A stretch of 32,000 nucleotides of DNA from Mucisphaera calidilacus (GTDB lineage: Bacteria > Planctomycetota > Phycisphaerae > Phycisphaerales > Phycisphaeraceae), in NCBI RefSeq assembly GCF_007748075.1, contig NZ_CP036280.1, positions 1 through 32,000 on the forward strand. The letters run 5' to 3'. Numbering within the stretch: position 1 is the stretch's first letter; every line of letters starts with the position of its first letter. Position numbers and translations under genes: made by a program. Below, piece by piece: positions 24,590-32,000 of the stretch. The notes beneath the pieces were generated by a model. It saw nothing but the letters and a program-made list of their open reading frames with translations, was not told the DNA's origin and ran no database searches.

Positions 24590-25795
24590 ATGGCACGACA
24601 GTTTGGCGTTCTCTTCGCCGTCGCGCTCGCGGCGGTCTTCGCGATCGGCTGCGAATCGACGCGTGACGTCGATCAGCACAAGGTCGAGGCGGACGCCCGC
24701 TGGTGGGACCTGCGTGGCAACATGATCCTCGAGCAGGCCCAGTACCAGTTCGACAACAGCGAGCTGGATCAGGCCGAGGCCACGCTCCACGAAGCGATGC
24801 GCATCAGCCCGGAGAACCCGAGGCTGCTGATCCTCGCCGGGCGCATCGCGCTCGAACGCGGGGAGCTGGAGCGTGCCGCGATCGCGCTGCGGTCCGCGGC
24901 CGAGGCCGACCCGCAGGACGCGGTGGCTCACTACTACCTGGGCATCGTCGAGCAGCGTTGGCAGCGTACTCAGGCCGCTCGCGATCACTACGCCCGAGCC
25001 GCCGAGCTGGACCCCGACAACCTCGAGTACCTGCTGGCTCATGCCGAGTCGGAGGTTGCGCTGGGCAACGACGCTCAGGCGGTCGCGCTGATGGAGCAGC
25101 GGCTGGGCTATTTCGCTCACCACGCGGCGCTGCACCACGCGCTGGGCAGGGCGATGGTTCTTGTGGATCGTCGGGTCGAGGCGCTCGATCACCTGCACGA
25201 GGCCGCGATCCTCGACCCCGACAACCTCACCTACCGCACCGACCTCGCGTTCGAACTCGTCGACAGCGGCCAGCCCGAGGAGGCCGGACGCATCCTCGCC
25301 GAGCTCCTGAAGGACCCGCGCTACGCCGAGCGGCACGACCTGCGACGCGCCTACGCCCGCGCCTGCGAGGAGGCCAGCCGGTGGGCCGAGGCCCGGCGGC
25401 TCTACCGCGACCTTTGCCAGAAGCAGGACCCGCTCGCTCAGGACCTGCTGGGTCTGGCGCGCATGAGCTGGCAGCTCGGCGACGCCACCGGTGCCGAACG
25501 CGCCGCGGCCCGCGTGATCGAGCGTCACCCCAACAACAGCGCCGCCATGATCTGGCTCGGGCTGGCGGCCCTCGAACGCGACGACGCGCTCCAGGCCAGC
25601 CGCTGGTTCGAGATGGTCACCGCCCTCACGCCCGAGGACGCCCAGGGGTGGGCGCTCTACGGAACCTCGCTCCAGCGGCTCGGCAGGCTGCCGGAGGCCG
25701 TCGAGGCTTATCGCAAAGCCCACGAAATCGACCCCGGCAACCCGCAGATCCGCGCTCTGCTGAGCCAGGTCCGGAGGCCGGCGAACCCCGCGTGA
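24590..25795 (+). CDS. TPR-repeat lipoprotein (PilF/PilW/Tgl-like candidate pilotin)
   Basis: ATG 24590 (the ORF-track TTG at 24581 overlaps the secretin stop). Lipobox MARQFGVLFAVALAAVFAIGC. At least 8 TPR-like units (e.g. AHYYLGIVEQRWQRTQAARDHYARAAELDPDN; GWALYGTSLQRLGRLPEAVEAYRKAHEIDPGN). Confidence 0.85.
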   Translation: MARQFGVLFAVALAAVFAIGCESTRDVDQHKVEADARWWDLRGNMILEQAQYQFDNSELDQAEATLHEAMRISPENPRLLILAGRIALERGELERAAIALRSAAEADPQDAVAHYYLGIVEQRWQRTQAARDHYARAAELDPDNLEYLLAHAESEVALGNDAQAVALMEQRLGYFAHHAALHHALGRAMVLVDRRVEALDHLHEAAILDPDNLTYRTDLAFELVDSGQPEEAGRILAELLKDPRYAERHDLRRAYARACEEASRWAEARRLYRDLCQKQDPLAQDLLGLARMSWQLGDATGAERAAARVIERHPNNSAAMIWLGLAALERDDALQASRWFEMVTALTPEDAQGWALYGTSLQRLGRLPEAVEAYRKAHEIDPGNPQIRALLSQVRRPANPA

Positions 25796-25822
25796 GAGAC
25801 GCGCACCCCGACAGGGCCGACC

Positions 25823-27325
25823 ATGAGTACCCCCGCCCCCAACGATCGGCAGCCGTACGTCGCGACGACGCGTGAGCGCCTGCGCCGGCTCGGCATCCCC
25901 GTGGTCGATCTCGCGATCGACGGGCACACGGTCACCCACGCCATCGACTGCCCCGTGTCCAGCACCACGCTCGATCACCTGCTCGCCGCGTCGGTCATCC
26001 GCGAACTCACCGAGACCCCGCTGCGCTTCTGCCCCATCACTGACACGCTCTACGCCATCAACATCAGCCCCGAGCAGCCGACCGACACGCTCGCGGTCGC
26101 GTTGATCAGCCACGGCGACCATGCCAGCACGCGCTCGGAGGCTCATCGGATCGAGCAGCTGCTCCGCTGGTGGAGCGAGGACACCCAGCAGCTCGAGGTG
26201 GCCCGGCACACGGCGCAGCAGAACGGCCACGAGCTGGCCCTCGCCTACGAGGAGCTCAGTCTCATCGACCACCTCACCCAGCACAGCGAGCTGCGCGAGT
26301 CCACCGAGAACCGGCTGGACGAGGCGGTGCAGGACCTGCGCGAGGTCGCGCGGCTGCGTTTCCTCGCCCTGCACCTCGCCGACGACCGGCCGCGCCTCAA
26401 CGTGCTCCGCGGCAAGACCTTCTTTCCCGAGGACTCGGTCACGAGCATCCGCTCCATCCGCGCCGCCGGCGACTGGCTGCTCGCCCGGTTGGGCAACACG
26501 CCCGGCGTGACGCGATTCGCGCCCGAGCTGCACGAGGGGCTCTCGGCGCTGGGCACCGAGATCCTCGCGATGAAGATCCGCCACCGCGATCAGGTCCTCG
26601 GCGTGCTGTACGGCGCCGACCGCTTTGACGGCCAGCCCTTCGACGCCACAGACATGGCACGCTTCGAGTCGCTGGGCACGAGCATCTCCGTGTTCCTCAA
26701 CAACGCGCTGCTCTTCACCGAGATGCACGGCCTGTTCGTCGGGACCCTCAGCGCCCTGTCCACCGCGATCGACGCCAAGGACGCCTACACCCACGGGCAC
26801 TCGCAGCGTGTCGCCTCGCTCACACGCCAGCTCGCCAGGGCCGCCGGGTTCGGCGTCGTCGACACCGAACGCCTCTACCGCTCGGCGCTCGTGCACGACC
26901 TGGGCAAGATCGGCGTGCCCGAGGCCATCCTGACCAAGGAGGGCAAGCTGACTCGCGAGGAGTTCGATGCCATCAAGCGACACCCGCAGATCGGCGCACG
27001 GATCCTCCGCGACATCGAGTCGATGACCGAGCTGATCCCCGGCGTGCTCTCGCACCACGAGCGTTGGTCCGGCGGCGGCTACCCCCAGGGCATCGCCGGC
27101 CGCGCGATCCCCTTCGAGGGACGCGTCATCGCGCTGGCCGACAGCTACGACGCCATGCGCTCCAAACGCAGCTACCGCGACGCCATGCCCCACGAGCAGG
27201 CCATGGAGGAGGTCCGGCGAGGCCGCGGCACGCAGTTCGAGCCGGAGTTGGCCGACGCCTTCCTGACCCTCGACTTCGACGCCTATAACGACCCGCAGCA
27301 GGACAGCACGCGGCGGGCCGCCTGA
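25823..27325 (+). CDS. HD-GYP domain protein (candidate c-di-GMP phosphodiesterase) with N-terminal GAF-like sensor region
   Basis: HD-GYP core HGHSQRVASL...LVHDLGKIGVPEAIL...HHERWSGGGYPQGIAG...ALADSYDAM. GAF-like stretch MKIRHRDQVLGVLYGADRFDGQPFD. Confidence 0.9.
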   Translation: MSTPAPNDRQPYVATTRERLRRLGIPVVDLAIDGHTVTHAIDCPVSSTTLDHLLAASVIRELTETPLRFCPITDTLYAINISPEQPTDTLAVALISHGDHASTRSEAHRIEQLLRWWSEDTQQLEVARHTAQQNGHELALAYEELSLIDHLTQHSELRESTENRLDEAVQDLREVARLRFLALHLADDRPRLNVLRGKTFFPEDSVTSIRSIRAAGDWLLARLGNTPGVTRFAPELHEGLSALGTEILAMKIRHRDQVLGVLYGADRFDGQPFDATDMARFESLGTSISVFLNNALLFTEMHGLFVGTLSALSTAIDAKDAYTHGHSQRVASLTRQLARAAGFGVVDTERLYRSALVHDLGKIGVPEAILTKEGKLTREEFDAIKRHPQIGARILRDIESMTELIPGVLSHHERWSGGGYPQGIAGRAIPFEGRVIALADSYDAMRSKRSYRDAMPHEQAMEEVRRGRGTQFEPELADAFLTLDFDAYNDPQQDSTRRAA

Positions 27326-27333
27326 GAGACGCC

Positions 27334-27678
27334 ATGAAAATCAACCTCGAACAACGCGACGACATCGGGCTGATCACCATTACCGGCGAGGTCAGCGAGT
27401 CCGACTCCGACCTGATCCGCTCCTGCGTGCTCGAACACATCGAGGCCGGCGGGCACGACGTCGTCCTGGACATGGTCGCCGTCGAAGGCCTCGACTCCCG
27501 CGCCCTCGAGTCGCTGCTGGTGATCAACGAGATGATCGCCGAGCGTCTGGGTCGGCTGGTGCTGGGCGATATCTCGGAGACCGTCGAACGCATCCTCCAC
27601 GCCACACGCCTGAACCGGACCCTCGAGCACCACCCGACGGTCGACGCCGCCATCAAGGCGATCCGGGAGGCAGCATGA
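27334..27678 (+). CDS. STAS-domain protein (anti-sigma-factor-antagonist fold)
   Basis: 114 aa: IGLITITGEVSESDSDLIRSCVLEHIEAGGHDVVLDMVAVEGLDSRALESLLVINE...LVLGDISETVERILHATRLNRTL. Starts 8 nt after the HD-GYP stop; its stop overlaps the ATPase start (ATGA at 27675-27678). Confidence 0.85.
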   Translation: MKINLEQRDDIGLITITGEVSESDSDLIRSCVLEHIEAGGHDVVLDMVAVEGLDSRALESLLVINEMIAERLGRLVLGDISETVERILHATRLNRTLEHHPTVDAAIKAIREAA

Positions 27679-29408
27679 ACACCAGCGACACCAGCCAACG
27701 CAGCGCGCGCCCCCTGCGCATCGGCGACGTCCTGCTCGCGCAGGGTCTCATCGCGCAGGAGCAGATCGACGCGGCCCTCGAGCACCAGCGCAACGAGGGG
27801 GGCGGCAAGCTCCTCGGCCAGGTGCTCATCGAGCTGGGCATGGTCACTGAGCAGCAGACGCTCGAAGCCGTCGCCGAGGCACTCGACCTGCCCTTCGCAC
27901 GCCTTGATAACGCGATGGTCGACCCGCACCTCAACGAGCTGCTGCCCCAGAGCTTCCTCGACGAGCACGTCGCCGTCCCGATGTTCCTCGTCAAGGACCT
28001 GCTGACCCTCGCCGTGAGCGAGCCGACCGACATGTTCCTGCTCGAGGAGGTCGAACGCCTCACCGGCAAGACCGCGCAGCTCGTGGTCGCCACCGAGCAG
28101 GACATCCGCGACGCTCAGCGGTATCTCCAGGCCGGCGCCGCCTCCTCGTCCCTGGACGACCTTGTCCGGGACATGGACTACACCGACCCCGAGGACGCGG
28201 CCAGCGTCGCCGACATCACGGCCGAGGCGATCGCCGACGGCAGCTCGCCGGTGATCAAGCTGGTCAACCACATCCTCTTCCAGGCGGTCCGCGAGGGCGC
28301 CTCCGACATCCACATCGAGCCGGGCGATCAGTCGCTACGCGTTCGCTTCCGCATCGACGGCCGACTCACCGCGACGATCACTCCGCCCGCGCCGATGCAC
28401 GCTGCGATCACCAGCCGCATCAAGATCATGGCGGGCATGGACATCTCCGAGAAGCGCATCCCTCAGGACGGCGGCATCGCGATCCAGTGCGACGGCCGGC
28501 CGGTCGACCTGCGTGTCTCGACCATGCCCGGGCGCTACGGCGAGAAGGTTGTCATCCGAATCATCGACGCGCGCAATGCGATGGTCGACCTCGAGCTGCT
28601 CGGCCTGAGCCCGCGCATGCTCCGGCGCTACATGGACGTGATCACCCAGCCCAACGGCATCGTGCTCGTCACCGGGCCGACGGGCTCGGGCAAGTCCACG
28701 ACGCTCTACGCCACCCTCCGCCACATCGTCGACGCCACCCGCAACATTTCGACGGTGGAGGACCCCGTCGAGTACGGGCTCGATGGCGTCAACCAGTTCC
28801 AGGTCAACGAGAAGACCGGCTTCACCTTCTCCACCGCACTGCGCGCGCTGCTCCGCCAGGACCCCGACATCATCATGCTCGGCGAGATCCGTGACGCCGA
28901 GACCGCGCGCATCGCCACCCAGGCGGCGCTCACCGGCCACATGGTCTTCTCCACGCTGCACACCAACGATTCGCCTTCCGCCGTCACGCGGCTGATCAAC
29001 ATCGGCGTCGAGCCTTATCTCATCGCCGCGTCGGTCCGTGCCGTGCTCGCCCAGCGACTCGTGCGCAAGCTCTGCACCAGCTGCCGCGAGAAGCAGCCCA
29101 TCGAGTACGAGCACAAGCGCATCCTTGAGCGACTCGGCGTCGAGGTCGACGAGAACACCGAGTTCTACCAGCCCGTCGGCTGCCGCAAGTGCCGCGAGAC
29201 CGGCTACAAGGGACGGCTCGGCATCTACGAGATCTACATCCCCACGGACGAGGCGCTCGACGCCATCAGCCGCGGGGCCGCGCTCCAGGAGCTCCGCACG
29301 CTCGCGCGCGGCAGCGACGGCTACATCACCCTCAGCGAGGACGGACTGGCCAAGGTGCAGGCCGGCGAGACCACGCTGAGCGAACTGCTCACCGCGACCG
29401 CAGCCTGA
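27675..29408 (+). CDS. pilB: PilB/MshE/GspE-family secretion ATPase with N-terminal MshEN (T2SSE_N) domain
   Basis: Walker A GPTGSGKSTT. Asp box and Walker B IIMLGEIRD. His box ALTGHMVFSTLHTN. Tetracysteine CTSC...CRKC. N-terminus LRIGDVLLAQGLIAQEQIDAALEHQ. Confidence 0.95.
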   Translation: MNTSDTSQRSARPLRIGDVLLAQGLIAQEQIDAALEHQRNEGGGKLLGQVLIELGMVTEQQTLEAVAEALDLPFARLDNAMVDPHLNELLPQSFLDEHVAVPMFLVKDLLTLAVSEPTDMFLLEEVERLTGKTAQLVVATEQDIRDAQRYLQAGAASSSLDDLVRDMDYTDPEDAASVADITAEAIADGSSPVIKLVNHILFQAVREGASDIHIEPGDQSLRVRFRIDGRLTATITPPAPMHAAITSRIKIMAGMDISEKRIPQDGGIAIQCDGRPVDLRVSTMPGRYGEKVVIRIIDARNAMVDLELLGLSPRMLRRYMDVITQPNGIVLVTGPTGSGKSTTLYATLRHIVDATRNISTVEDPVEYGLDGVNQFQVNEKTGFTFSTALRALLRQDPDIIMLGEIRDAETARIATQAALTGHMVFSTLHTNDSPSAVTRLINIGVEPYLIAASVRAVLAQRLVRKLCTSCREKQPIEYEHKRILERLGVEVDENTEFYQPVGCRKCRETGYKGRLGIYEIYIPTDEALDAISRGAALQELRTLARGSDGYITLSEDGLAKVQAGETTLSELLTATAA

Positions 29409-29427
29409 ACCCGCAGGACCCGACGCT

Positions 29428-30651
29428 ATGCCCGATTTCACCTTCAAAGCCAGGACCAGCGCGGGGCAGATCGACACCGGCATCCTCGACGCCGACTCGC
29501 TCGCCCAGGCCGCCGCTCGCCTGCGCCAGCGCGGGCTCTTCCCTGTCTCCATCAACCCCGCGCGCGACGGGCAGCGCAGGCAGAACACCAAGCCCACCAG
29601 GCCGCAGGGGAGCGTCAAACGCGCGGATGTGATCGCCTTCGCCAACGAGCTCGCCATCCTGCTCGACGCCGGCGTCATCATGCGTGACGCCCTCGCCTGC
29701 GCGACCGGCCAGGCGCGGAACGATGCCATGGGCGCCGTCCTCAAGGACATCCAGGACCACGTGCAGTCGGGCGGGACGCTCTCGGACGCCCTCGCCCAGC
29801 GGCCCGACGTCTTCCCCACGCTCATGGTCAGCATGATCAGCGCGTCCGAGGCCTCGGGCACCCTGTCCGACATGCTCATGCGTGTCGCCGACTACATGGA
29901 ACAGGAACAGAAGATCCAGCGCACCGTGCGCTCGGCGATGACCTACCCGCTGGTGATGTTCGTCGCGACGTTCACGATCACGGCCTTCCTCATCGGCTTC
30001 GTCCTGCCCCGTTTCGCCTCGATCTACGCCAGCCGCGGGGCCGACCTGCCCCTGCCCACACAACTGCTGATCGGCATCAGCACCACCTTCACGAGCTACT
30101 GGCCCCACATGCTCGCCGGCGCGATCGCCCTCGGGATCGGGGCCTACTTCTACTTCCGCTCGACCCACGGCCGGCACCTCATCGACACCGCCAAACTCGG
30201 CCTGCCGCTCTTCGGGCCGCTCTTCAACAAGCTCTACCTCACACGCTCGTTCCGCACGATGAGCGTCATGCTCGACGCCGGCGTGCCGCTGCTCGATCTC
30301 ATCGGGATCACGCGCAACATCACGACCAACCACCACATCGCACGCCTCTGGGACGACGTCGCTGATCAGGTCAAGCAGGGCGGCAACATCTCGACCGTGC
30401 TGCGCGATTCGCCGTATATCTCGGGTTCGATTGCGCAGATGATCGCATCGGGCGAGCAGGCGGGGCGTGTCGGCGACATCATGGCACGCGTCGCGCAGCG
30501 CACCGAGGAAGAGTTCGAGCGAGGGGTCAAGGCGATGACGCAGTTCGTGGAGCCCGCCATGATCGCGGCGCTCGGCCTTGTCGTCGGCTTCGTCGCCATC
30601 GCGCTGCTGCTGCCGATCTTCTCGGTTGGCAAGGTCGTCTCCGGCGGGTGA
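29428..30651 (+). CDS. pilC: PilC/GspF-family inner-membrane platform protein
   Basis: 407 aa with two T2SSF repeats (ELAILLDAGVIMRDAL...SMISASEASGTL and FRTMSVMLDAGVPLLDLI...QMIASGEQAGRV) and three TM blocks. Confidence 0.95.
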   Translation: MPDFTFKARTSAGQIDTGILDADSLAQAAARLRQRGLFPVSINPARDGQRRQNTKPTRPQGSVKRADVIAFANELAILLDAGVIMRDALACATGQARNDAMGAVLKDIQDHVQSGGTLSDALAQRPDVFPTLMVSMISASEASGTLSDMLMRVADYMEQEQKIQRTVRSAMTYPLVMFVATFTITAFLIGFVLPRFASIYASRGADLPLPTQLLIGISTTFTSYWPHMLAGAIALGIGAYFYFRSTHGRHLIDTAKLGLPLFGPLFNKLYLTRSFRTMSVMLDAGVPLLDLIGITRNITTNHHIARLWDDVADQVKQGGNISTVLRDSPYISGSIAQMIASGEQAGRVGDIMARVAQRTEEEFERGVKAMTQFVEPAMIAALGLVVGFVAIALLLPIFSVGKVVSGG

Positions 30652-30751
30652 TCCAAACCGTAATCCAACACGTTTCTTACCGAAGATTCACGCGTCCTCC
30701 TCTGCTAGTTTCCGTCGCTCGGGAACCCCCAAACCACAGAGGAGATTCAGC

Positions 30752-32000
30752 ATGAAGTCCGCCATCACCCTGACCGCTGCCGCCTGCGCTCTCGCGCTCA
30801 ACACGTCCGTTGCCGACGCCTGGACCATGGGCGTCCTCACCGACACCCAGGGCGCCGGCCAGTACCCGCTCGTGTCGACGCGCCTGATGGACCCGGTCGT
30901 CGATCGTTTCGTCAACCACCACCAGATCGACATGCTCATGTCCGTCGGCGACCTCTCCGACCGTGGCACGCAGGCCGAGTTCGATCTCTGGAACCAGCAC
31001 GCGGCGCCGCTCTACGACGCCAACATCCCCATGTACATCGCCCGTGGCAACCACGACGTCAAGACCGAGAGCGAGATCCCGGCCATCGACCCGCTCTTCG
31101 GGCCCGTCACGCTCCGCGGCACCGAGCTCTGGGACGCCAACATCCAGGTCCCCGCCAACCCGACCGTCACGCCCGGCCCCGGCGCGAGCTACACCTTCGC
31201 CTACGAGAACACCTTCTTCATCAACATCGACGTCTACGGCACCGCGCCCTCCGAGCTGATCGGCTGGCTGACGCAGGTCGCCCTTCCCACCGCGGCGCTG
31301 TCCGGTGCCGAACACAAGTTCCTGTTCCAGCACGAGCCCTGGTTCGGCAAGGCCCGCTCGGGCATCCTCGCCGCCGACCCCGCTACCGAGCTGGAGCTGC
31401 TGACCGGGATCGCCCAGGCCGGCGTCTCGACCATCTTCGTCGGGCACGACCACCAGTACTCGCGCTCGGTCGCACTCGACCCCTCTGGCGACGTCCTGCT
31501 CAACCACATCGTCACCGGCTCCAACGCCGAGAAGTACTACCGCCTCGAAGAGGCACCCGGTCCCAACGAGGGCCAGGGCATTCAGATCAACGACCGCGTC
31601 GGCTACTCGATCGTCGAGATCGACGGCCCGCTCGTCAGCTTCACCCACTACGACTCCTTCGCGCCCAGCCCTCTGGACACCGAGCCCTGGACGCCCGAGT
31701 GGACCGTCGCCGACCGCTTCACCTTCGCTTCCAACGGCGACCAGTTCTTTGTCGAGGCCGACGCGTCCTTCGCCGGCCTCGGGAGCACCAGCCCCAACGG
31801 CACGGTCGCCACGATCCTCGACGGCATCAACGAGACCTACGAGACGCTGACCACCGATCCGGATCCCGGCGAGACACCGCAGACCTTCACCCTCGGCCAG
31901 ATCGTCAACTTCGCCTGGATCGATGCCACCGACGAAACCCTCTCCGACATCCTCGTTCTCAACGGACTGGCCGACGAGGCCAACGGCATCGCGGCCGACG
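30752..32000 (+). CDS. Secreted calcineurin-like metallophosphoesterase (3' end beyond window)
   Basis: Absent from the ORF track because no stop falls within the window; I translated it by hand from ATG 30752, which follows AGAGGAGA. Signal peptide MKSAITLTAAACALALNTSVADA. Motifs GDLSDRG, GNHD, GHDH. The frame stays open to base 32000. Confidence 0.8.
   Translation, partial: MKSAITLTAAACALALNTSVADAWTMGVLTDTQGAGQYPLVSTRLMDPVVDRFVNHHQIDMLMSVGDLSDRGTQAEFDLWNQHAAPLYDANIPMYIARGNHDVKTESEIPAIDPLFGPVTLRGTELWDANIQVPANPTVTPGPGASYTFAYENTFFINIDVYGTAPSELIGWLTQVALPTAALSGAEHKFLFQHEPWFGKARSGILAADPATELELLTGIAQAGVSTIFVGHDHQYSRSVALDPSGDVLLNHIVTGSNAEKYYRLEEAPGPNEGQGIQINDRVGYSIVEIDGPLVSFTHYDSFAPSPLDTEPWTPEWTVADRFTFASNGDQFFVEADASFAGLGSTSPNGTVATILDGINETYETLTTDPDPGETPQTFTLGQIVNFAWIDATDETLSDILVLNGLADEANGIAAD

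Noticed and set aside
25793-25802. Decamer TGAGAGACGC repeated at 25793-25802 and 27323-27332, each starting with the stop codon of the preceding gene.
   Set aside because: Only two copies, short, and at different distances from the next start codon (20 nt versus 1 nt). Most likely coincidence.
1-32000. Scan for CRISPR arrays, IS elements, transposases, integrases, prophage genes, rRNA, and toxin-antitoxin or known defence-system signatures.
   Set aside because: No direct-repeat/spacer arrays, terminal inverted repeats or recombinase-like ORFs were seen. The only nuclease (HNH) has no partner genes suggesting a defence or mobile module.

Overview
This is a high-GC bacterial chromosomal window, roughly two-thirds G+C by eye, that begins exactly at a TTG-initiated dnaA. 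I call 28 CDS (25 on +, 3 on -), one tRNA-Tyr, three intrinsic terminators and one weak promoter candidate. The gene content points to a PVC/Planctomycetota-like (possibly Phycisphaerae-like) organism: a DUF1800/DUF1501 pair, many soluble multidomain sensor kinases and a GspG-like pilin. That assignment is inference only.

Layout by region:
- 1-2.4 kb: dnaA, tRNA-Tyr (-) and a stand-alone HNH nuclease.
- 2.4-2.8 kb: an unusually AT-rich spacer holding a small ORF and an orphan terminator.
- 2.8-6.9 kb: a signalling cassette of an HTH-REC regulator, an HDOD histidine kinase and a pseudo-receiver-GAF protein.
- 6.9-10.2 kb: argH, tightly coupled to an FHA-GAF histidine kinase.
- 10.3-13.0 kb: the DUF1800/DUF1501 pair.
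- 13.1-15.7 kb (-): a translationally coupled sulfotransferase / glycosyltransferase / FkbM methyltransferase operon, divergent from a Kdo/WaaP-like kinase.
- 16.5-18.7 kb: lepA and a NUDIX hydrolase.
- 18.9-30.7 kb: one co-directional pilus/T2SS-like supercluster. In order it carries the pilin, a terminator, a small TM ORF, PilM-N-O-P-like genes, a secretin, a TPR lipoprotein, an HD-GYP protein, a STAS protein, an MshEN-type ATPase and the platform protein.
- 30.75 kb to the window end: a partial secreted metallophosphoesterase.

The most interesting observations are these:
1. A c-di-GMP phosphodiesterase and a STAS protein sit inside the pilus cluster, and the STAS gene is translationally coupled to an ATPase whose N-terminus matches the MshEN c-di-GMP-binding motif.
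2. Strand composition and third-codon-position bias switch sharply near 16.4-16.6 kb, only about 16 kb from dnaA.
3. The signalling cassette has reversed or degenerate domain architectures.

I saw no CRISPR array, IS element, integrase or rRNA.
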